From Bacteroidia bacterium (GTDB taxonomy: Bacteria > Bacteroidota > Bacteroidia > B-17B0 > Aurantibacillaceae): a stretch of 44,186 nt of DNA. Below the pieces are notes generated by a model that was not told where the DNA came from, searched no databases, and worked only from the letters and a program-made list of their open reading frames with translations. The stretch covers positions 1-44,186 of the forward strand of contig JBIKOX010000001.1 in the NCBI GenBank assembly GCA_044357775.1, read 5' to 3'. Position 1 is the stretch's first letter. Every line of letters begins with the position of its first letter. Of the stretch, positions 38,512 to 44,186 are shown one piece after another. Position numbers and translations under genes: made by a program.

Positions 38512-39555
38512 ATGGCGGCAAACGACAAAGAAATTTGGAAACCAGTTACTTACATTAAAGGACCTACAACAAAAAAGTATATCGTGTCTAATTTGGGGCG
38601 TTTAGCTTCTTATGATGCTAACATCAATGATAAGTATATTTTAAAATTGCATTTAAATGGCGGTTTTCCAATGTCTACAGTTCATATTAATGGGAAATCA
38701 AAAGCATTATTTGCGCATCATGCTTTAGGGCATTCGTTTATGAAAAAAACGAGTCCAAAACAAGTTTCTATTATTCACTTAGATTATAATAAAGCTAATA
38801 ATGATTTATCTAATTTAAAATGGGTCACTAAAAAAGAACAAATTGAGCATAGTAAAAAAAGCCCATTTGTTCTTCAGGCAGCAGCCCGAAAAGTTTACAA
38901 GGGAGCAACAGCTCGTAAATTAGACGAAAAAAAGGTAATTGCTCTTAAAAAAGAGATGTGGAATCCTAAACGTAAATCCACATTTAAGCAATTAGCAACA
39001 AAATATGGTATTGCAGAAATGAATTTATACCGTATTAAAAATGGAGAAATGTGGTTTCATGTTCATGTTGAAGGCGAACCAATTTTCCCTAAATATAAAG
39101 AACAATTAAAAAATATTGAATTTCATAATAAAGTTGAAGCTAAAGAATTAGCGGTTATTAATAAGAAAAAGGTTGCTAAAGCCGCTAAGTTGAAAGCAAG
39201 CGCCGAAAAAAAGAAAAAACGCGAAGCTGAAAAGAAAGCAAGACAAGAAAAATTAATTAAAAAACGCAAGCAAAAAGCTATTGAACGAATTGCTATTGAA
39301 AAAAGAAAAATAGTAAGAGCTGCTGTTGCTAAAAAAGCGAAAGAAGAAAAAGCGAAACGCACATCGGCTTTTGCGAAACTAACCGCCGCCAGACTTATTG
39401 CTGCTAAAAAAGCAAAAGACCTAAAAGAGAAAAAAACGATTGCTTCAGCAAAACCTAAAAAAAGTAGTTCTGAAAAAAAGGATAAAAAGAAAGTTGCTTC
39501 TAAACCTAATAAAGAGAAGAAAAGAAAAAAGGACAAAAAGAAAAATAAAAAATAG
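38512..39555 (+). CDS. NUMOD4 + HNH_3 homing-endonuclease-like protein with HTH and a lysine-rich C-terminal tail
   Basis: 'EIWKPV...YIVSNLGRLASYD' (NUMOD4). 'IIHLDYNKANNDLSNLKWVTKKEQIEH' (HNH_3-like). 'FKQLATKYGIAEMNLYRIKNGEMW' (HTH-like). Residues about 217-347 are K/A/E-rich. Confidence 0.7.
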   Translation: MAANDKEIWKPVTYIKGPTTKKYIVSNLGRLASYDANINDKYILKLHLNGGFPMSTVHINGKSKALFAHHALGHSFMKKTSPKQVSIIHLDYNKANNDLSNLKWVTKKEQIEHSKKSPFVLQAAARKVYKGATARKLDEKKVIALKKEMWNPKRKSTFKQLATKYGIAEMNLYRIKNGEMWFHVHVEGEPIFPKYKEQLKNIEFHNKVEAKELAVINKKKVAKAAKLKASAEKKKKREAEKKARQEKLIKKRKQKAIERIAIEKRKIVRAAVAKKAKEEKAKRTSAFAKLTAARLIAAKKAKDLKEKKTIASAKPKKSSSEKKDKKKVASKPNKEKKRKKDKKKNKK

Positions 39556-39556
39556 T

Positions 39557-40450
39557 ATGATTTTACCTTCTTATTTAAAAAAAGGAGATACCATTGCAAT
39601 TATTGCAACAGCGCGTAAAGTAAGCAAAGAGGAAATACAGCCAGCCGTAGCTTTTTTTGAAAGCTACGGCCTTTCTGTTATATTAGGTAATAATTTATTT
39701 GAATCTAACAATCAATACGCGGGTAATGATCTTCAAAGAACTGAAGATTTGCAATGGGCTTTAAATGATAAAAATATTAAAGCGATTATCATTGCTCGTG
39801 GAGGATACGGAAGTGTTAGGCTAATAGAAAGTATTGATTTTACAGAATTTATTAAAAATCCGAAATGGTTAGTTGGTTATAGCGATGTTACTGTTTTACA
39901 TAATGCTATTCATAACATTGGAGTTGCAACATTGCATGCTACCATGCCATTAAATTTTTCAAAAAATTCAGAAGCCACAAAAAGTATGATCGATGCCTTG
40001 TTTGGCAATTTAAAAGAAATACAAACTGAAGAAAACTACTCTAATATTTCTGGTATAGCTAAAGGACAATTGATTGGAGGTAATTTGTCATTATTATATT
40101 CATTATCAGGAACACCATTTGATATTGATACAACCGATAAAATTTTATTTATAGAAGATTTAGATGAATATCTGTATCATATTGATAGAATGATGATGCA
40201 GTTAAAATTATCTGGCAAACTAAAAAAATTGAAAGGACTTATTGTTGGTGGAATGACTGATATGAAAGATAATCCCATTCCGTTTGGTAAATTCCCTGAA
40301 GATATAATTTTAGATGCGGTTAAACAATATAATTATCCAGTTTGCTTTGATTTTTCTGCCGGACATATTGATAAAAACTTGGCTTTATATTTTGGTAAAC
40401 AAGTTGAATTGAATGTACATGATGATGGAGCAACTTTAAAATTTTTATAA
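39557..40450 (+). CDS. LD-carboxypeptidase (peptidase S66)
   Basis: The start is moved to the ATG at 39557 ('MILPSYLKKGDTIAIIA'). Nucleophile motif 'VGYSDVTVLH'. The track's longer ORF overlaps the preceding gene in another frame. Confidence 0.85.
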   Translation: MILPSYLKKGDTIAIIATARKVSKEEIQPAVAFFESYGLSVILGNNLFESNNQYAGNDLQRTEDLQWALNDKNIKAIIIARGGYGSVRLIESIDFTEFIKNPKWLVGYSDVTVLHNAIHNIGVATLHATMPLNFSKNSEATKSMIDALFGNLKEIQTEENYSNISGIAKGQLIGGNLSLLYSLSGTPFDIDTTDKILFIEDLDEYLYHIDRMMMQLKLSGKLKKLKGLIVGGMTDMKDNPIPFGKFPEDIILDAVKQYNYPVCFDFSAGHIDKNLALYFGKQVELNVHDDGATLKFL

Positions 40451-40451
40451 A

Positions 40452-41252
40452 ATGTTTTGTAAAACAACAGATAATTTAAATATCTACTTCGAAATACAAG
40501 GTAACGAAAATGCTAAAGAAACGTTAGTGTTTTTAAACGGACTTTCTCAATCTACTGTTTCATGGATTTTAACAACGCCTCAATTTAAAAATGATTATAG
40601 AATTATATTGATTGATTTTATATTTCAAGGACAAAGTGATAAAGTAGGGGAGAGCAGAAATTTTGACACACATGCGCGCGATGTAATTAGTGTTTTGGAT
40701 TTTTTGAAGATTGATCAGGTAATTGTAATTGGATTATCCTACGGAAGTTTAGTAGCACAAAATATAGCTGTTAAGCATGGCAATCGCATTTCTAAATTAA
40801 TATTGATGTCAACATTTGCTCATAAAACTCCTTATTACGAAGCGATTGAGCTATCTTGGTGGCGTGCACTAGAGTTTGGCGGCTATGGTTTGATGTTGGA
40901 TATTATGCTGCCAAATGTTTTAGGCGAAGCCTATTTTAAAAATCCATTAATTCCAATTGACTTGATGAAGCAAGTTCGTCAAGAAGCAAACGAAGATAAA
41001 AATGCCTTATTTAAATTAATGCAAGCAACTAAAGAACGGTCTGATTACCGTTCTGAATTAAAAAAAATAACGAATCCAACAATAGTTATCCAAGGCGAAA
41101 AGGACACTTTATTTCCCGTACATATGGCACAGGAAGTGGTTGATTCAATTACTAATTCTAAACTGGTAGTTATTCCTTTTGCCGGGCATACGCTTAATTT
41201 AGAAGCGATACCAAAGATGAACCATGCTATTTTAAATTTTATTAACGCGTAG
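40452..41252 (+). CDS. Alpha/beta-fold hydrolase
   Basis: 'VFLNGLSQS', nucleophile elbow 'GLSYGS', C-terminal 'FAGHTLNLE'. It starts 1 nt after the LD-carboxypeptidase stop. Confidence 0.8.
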   Translation: MFCKTTDNLNIYFEIQGNENAKETLVFLNGLSQSTVSWILTTPQFKNDYRIILIDFIFQGQSDKVGESRNFDTHARDVISVLDFLKIDQVIVIGLSYGSLVAQNIAVKHGNRISKLILMSTFAHKTPYYEAIELSWWRALEFGGYGLMLDIMLPNVLGEAYFKNPLIPIDLMKQVRQEANEDKNALFKLMQATKERSDYRSELKKITNPTIVIQGEKDTLFPVHMAQEVVDSITNSKLVVIPFAGHTLNLEAIPKMNHAILNFINA

Positions 41253-41512
41253 TTATTTTTTTAATCAGAGCGAAATCGAAGATTTACTTGAAGAAATTAA
41301 CCATATAGGAACATAAAAAATATAGTTAATTATTGAAGCCTTGTTTGAAAACTCATAGCATAGAAGATTTTCTTCAATTTACTATGTTTGCTAAAAGGCA
41401 TGCTGCTTTAGATAATACTGTATTTTAGCTAATCAAAACCGATGTATCTATGTGGTTTAAAATAGTGGACAAATCCACATATTATTTCTATTTTTGAACT
41501 TCAATTAAGATA

Positions 41513-42799
41513 ATGAAAACAAATTTTATAGAAGAATTAAAATGGCGTGGCATATTGAATGATGTAATGCCAGGAACTGAAGATTTATTGAATAAAGAAG
41601 TTGTTACAGGTTATATAGGTTTTGATCCAACCGCTGATAGTTTACATGTTGGAAGTTTAGCGCAAATTATGACGCTATTGCGTTTTCAATTAGCTGGACA
41701 TAAGCCATTAGCTTTGGTTGGTGGCGCTACAGGTATGGTTGGCGATCCAAGCGGAAAATCTGCAGAACGAAATTTATTAGACGCAACTACTTTAGATAAA
41801 AACGTTGAAGGAATAAAAAAACAACTAAGTCAGTTTTTAGATTTTAATTGTGGAGATAATAGTGCAGAACTGGTAAACAATTATGATTGGTTTAAAAATT
41901 ATTCCTTTTTAGATTTTATACGTGATGCCGGAAAACATATTACCGTAAATTATATGATGGCCAAAGATTCTGTAAAAAATAGAATTAATGGTGATACAGG
42001 AATGTCTTTTACGGAATTTAGTTACCAGTTAATTCAAGGTTACGATTTTTACTATTTATGGAAAGAACGTAATTGCAAAATTCAAATGGGTGGTTCTGAT
42101 CAATGGGGAAATATTACTACCGGAACAGAATTTATTCGCCGTAAGGCAAGCGGAGAAGCATTTGCATTAACCACTCAATTAATTAAAAAATCAGACGGAA
42201 CTAAATTTGGAAAATCAGAAGGTGGAAATATTTGGTTAGATAGAGATAAAACCTCACCCTATAAATTTTATCAGTTTTGGTTAAACGTAAGCGATGATGA
42301 TGCCAAATCATATGTGAGATTTTTTACATTACTTTCTAAATCAGATATAGAAGAGTTAGAAGTTAAACATGCAGCAGCACCTCATGAAAGACACATACAA
42401 AAAACGTTAGCAAAAGAAATCACAACTAGAGTTCACAGCGAATCTGATTATTTACAAGCTATTGAAACGGCTGAATTTTTATTTAAATCAAAAACAGAAG
42501 ATGTAAGTAACCTATATGCAGATGCTTTTGAAAAAATGTTGGGCGGCATTGATACATTTGAAGTAAACAAAGCAGATGTGGCTAACGGAATTAATGTAGT
42601 TGATTTATTAGTAGATAAAGCGCCCGTATTTCCAAGTAAGACAGAAGCTCGTAAAATGATTTCAGGAAATGCAATTAGTATTAATAAAACTAAAATAGCA
42701 GATGTAAATGCTGTTTTAAATTTGGATTCATTTAACAGCGGCAAATATTTATTAGTAAGTAAAGGCAAAAAAGAAAATTATTTAATTAAGTTAGTTTAA
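41513..42799 (+). CDS. tyrS: Tyrosine--tRNA ligase
   Basis: 'GFDPTADSLHVGSL' (HIGH-type), 'KFGKSEG' (KMSKS-type), and a C-terminal S4-like domain. Confidence 0.95.
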   Translation: MKTNFIEELKWRGILNDVMPGTEDLLNKEVVTGYIGFDPTADSLHVGSLAQIMTLLRFQLAGHKPLALVGGATGMVGDPSGKSAERNLLDATTLDKNVEGIKKQLSQFLDFNCGDNSAELVNNYDWFKNYSFLDFIRDAGKHITVNYMMAKDSVKNRINGDTGMSFTEFSYQLIQGYDFYYLWKERNCKIQMGGSDQWGNITTGTEFIRRKASGEAFALTTQLIKKSDGTKFGKSEGGNIWLDRDKTSPYKFYQFWLNVSDDDAKSYVRFFTLLSKSDIEELEVKHAAAPHERHIQKTLAKEITTRVHSESDYLQAIETAEFLFKSKTEDVSNLYADAFEKMLGGIDTFEVNKADVANGINVVDLLVDKAPVFPSKTEARKMISGNAISINKTKIADVNAVLNLDSFNSGKYLLVSKGKKENYLIKLV

Positions 42800-42803
42800 A
42801 AAA

Positions 42804-42843
42804 CTCTGCGCTCTTTGCGCAAGATCTCCGCGTCTTTGCGGTT
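42804..42843. repeat. Two tandem GC-rich mini-hairpins downstream of tyrS
   Basis: tgcgc-tcttt-gcgca (42807-42821) and ccgc-gtcttt-gcgg (42828-42841). The two about 20-nt units are direct-repeat variants. GC is far above the local background. Confidence 0.7.
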
Positions 42844-42858
42844 AAATTTAGTAGCACA

Positions 42859-43257
42859 ATGATAAAAGATATCGTTTTTCCAGAAGTATATGACATCGCC
42901 ATTGCTATTGTGCAAGAGCATGAAGGACTTGATGAGTACAATGCTTATGTTTTTAATTTTCAGGAAGAAAGTATAAAAAATGTTTTAATAACATCAACAG
43001 GTTATGGTGTAATTAATGATGTAAAGAAAAAAACAAGTACGTTACGTCATTATTTCGAGGAAATTGAAACGTTAGATTATAAATTAATTGAACCAGTTTC
43101 TAAAGAGGTATTTGGAATAAGTAATGAGTATTGGATTAGTTTTACTGCAAACGGTCAATTATTTGATAAGCAATATGTTTTTTTACCGGAGTCAATTATC
43201 GAAGCTAATTTTCAAATGATTCCGTTTATTTATAAAAAAGGCGTGATTATTAAATGA
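42859..43257 (+). CDS. Hypothetical protein
   Basis: 132-aa ORF with coding-like composition and no recognisable motif. Confidence 0.45.
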   Translation: MIKDIVFPEVYDIAIAIVQEHEGLDEYNAYVFNFQEESIKNVLITSTGYGVINDVKKKTSTLRHYFEEIETLDYKLIEPVSKEVFGISNEYWISFTANGQLFDKQYVFLPESIIEANFQMIPFIYKKGVIIK

Positions 43258-43473
43258 TACTGAAAATAATTACAAAGCAGGATTGTAAAAAAATCACTTT
43301 AATTTAATTTTTTATCAAAATGTCCTCAAAAATTTAATTCACTTTTAATTGAATTCGTTTTTGCTTACATTTGAAGATTAGTATTATTTTTAAATTTTCT
43401 TGCTACCTATTGCAGTTTAAATTTTAGGTAGCTTTAAAAAACTTTGATAATTAAAAACCACAAGTAATTACAA

Positions 43474-44186
43474 ATGAAAACAGTAGAATTTAGAGAAGCG
43501 CTTCGCGAAGCAATGAATGAAGAGATGCGTCGTGATGAAACCATTTTTTTAATGGGTGAAGAGGTTGCTGAATATAATGGAGCATACAAAGTAAGTAAAG
43601 GAATGCTAGCAGAGTTTGGTCCAAAAAGAATTATAGATACGCCAATTGCAGAACTTGGATTTGCAGGTATTGGGGTGGGTGCAGCGGTTAATGGGTTGCG
43701 TCCAATTATTGAGTTTATGACATTCAACTTTTCATTAGTTGCCATCGATCAAATTATTAATGCTGCCGCTAAATTTTTAAGCATGAGTGGCGGACAATAT
43801 AATTGCCCTATTGTATTTAGAGGGCCAACTGCAAGTGCTGGTATGTTAAGCTCTCAGCATTCGCAAGCATTTGAAAATTGGTTTGCTAACTGCCCTGGAT
43901 TGAAAGTAATTGTGCCATCTAACGGATATGACGCTAAAGGCCTTTTAAAATCCGCTATACGAGATAATGATCCTGTAATTTTTATGGAAAGTGAGCAAAT
44001 GTATGGTGATAAGTGTGAAATTCCTGACGGCGAATATATTATTCCTATTGGTGTAGCAGACATTAAAAAAGAAGGTACAGATGTTACTATTGTTTCTTTC
44101 GGAAAAATTATGAAAGTGGCATTAGCTGCTGCTGCAGAGTTAGAAAAAGAAGGAATTAACGCAGAGGTTATTGATTTAAGAACTGT
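43474..44186 (+). CDS. pdhB: Pyruvate/2-oxoacid dehydrogenase E1 component beta subunit, 3' end beyond window
   Basis: Absent from the ORF track because no stop is reached. My translation is '[71 protein letters not shown]...[21 protein letters not shown]...', the classic E1-beta signature. Confidence 0.9.
   Translation, partial: MKTVEFREALREAMNEEMRRDETIFLMGEEVAEYNGAYKVSKGMLAEFGPKRIIDTPIAELGFAGIGVGAAVNGLRPIIEFMTFNFSLVAIDQIINAAAKFLSMSGGQYNCPIVFRGPTASAGMLSSQHSQAFENWFANCPGLKVIVPSNGYDAKGLLKSAIRDNDPVIFMESEQMYGDKCEIPDGEYIIPIGVADIKKEGTDVTIVSFGKIMKVALAAAAELEKEGINAEVIDLRT

Noticed and set aside
39123-39599. 158-aa minus-strand ORF
   Set aside because: It is the antisense mirror of the lysine-rich tail of the NUMOD4/HNH gene. 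It is low-complexity and F/L-rich, with no independent support.
43434-44063. Two minus-strand ORFs (43434-43745 and 43854-44063) from the track
   Set aside because: Both lie antisense to an unmistakable E1-beta (pdhB) reading frame on the plus strand. The track omitted that frame because it has no stop inside the window.

Overview
AT-rich (roughly one-third GC by eye) chromosomal segment that looks like a Bacteroidota genome, Flavobacteriia- or Sphingobacteriia-like. Supporting signs are a T9SS C-terminal sorting domain cargo, a PorT-like barrel, the ileS / dksA-traR-like / lspA and DUF3098-like / uppP gene orders, and TAnnTTTG-type -7 boxes. Most of the window is core housekeeping: three aminoacyl-tRNA synthetases (ileS, metG, tyrS), prs, L25, lspA, uppP, hemJ, tatD, an rsmB-like methyltransferase, adenine deaminase, a partial pdhB and one tRNA-Leu(CAA). 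An IS5-family transposase sits at the left edge. I see no CRISPR array, no recognisable multi-gene defence island, no prophage and no rRNA. The only accessory-looking block is a tightly packed minus-strand surface-polysaccharide cluster (about 25.9-34.4 kb): gmd, an MNT/HEPN toxin-antitoxin cassette with a disabled toxin, fcl, two paralogous about 530-aa outer-membrane barrels flanking a WecA/MraY-type initiating transferase, and a T9SS PKD cargo. The oddities I rate highest are: (1) a DksA/TraR-type factor in the conserved ileS-lspA slot with a histone-H1-like polylysine block plus a polyacidic block at its N-terminus; (2) the HEPN/MNT cassette wedged between gmd and fcl, with two in-frame TAA codons in the toxin; (3) a GC-rich insertion with five perfect tandem heptamers inside an FAD-dependent oxidoreductase gene; (4) a NUMOD4/HNH homing-endonuclease-like protein with a long lysine-rich tail heading a housekeeping operon; (5) a lipoprotein joining an unknown about 400-aa domain to a GH16-like domain. 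All functional calls come from motif recognition by eye, and none has been checked against a database. The supplied ORF track misses the pdhB CDS that runs off the right edge, and it over-extends five N-termini.
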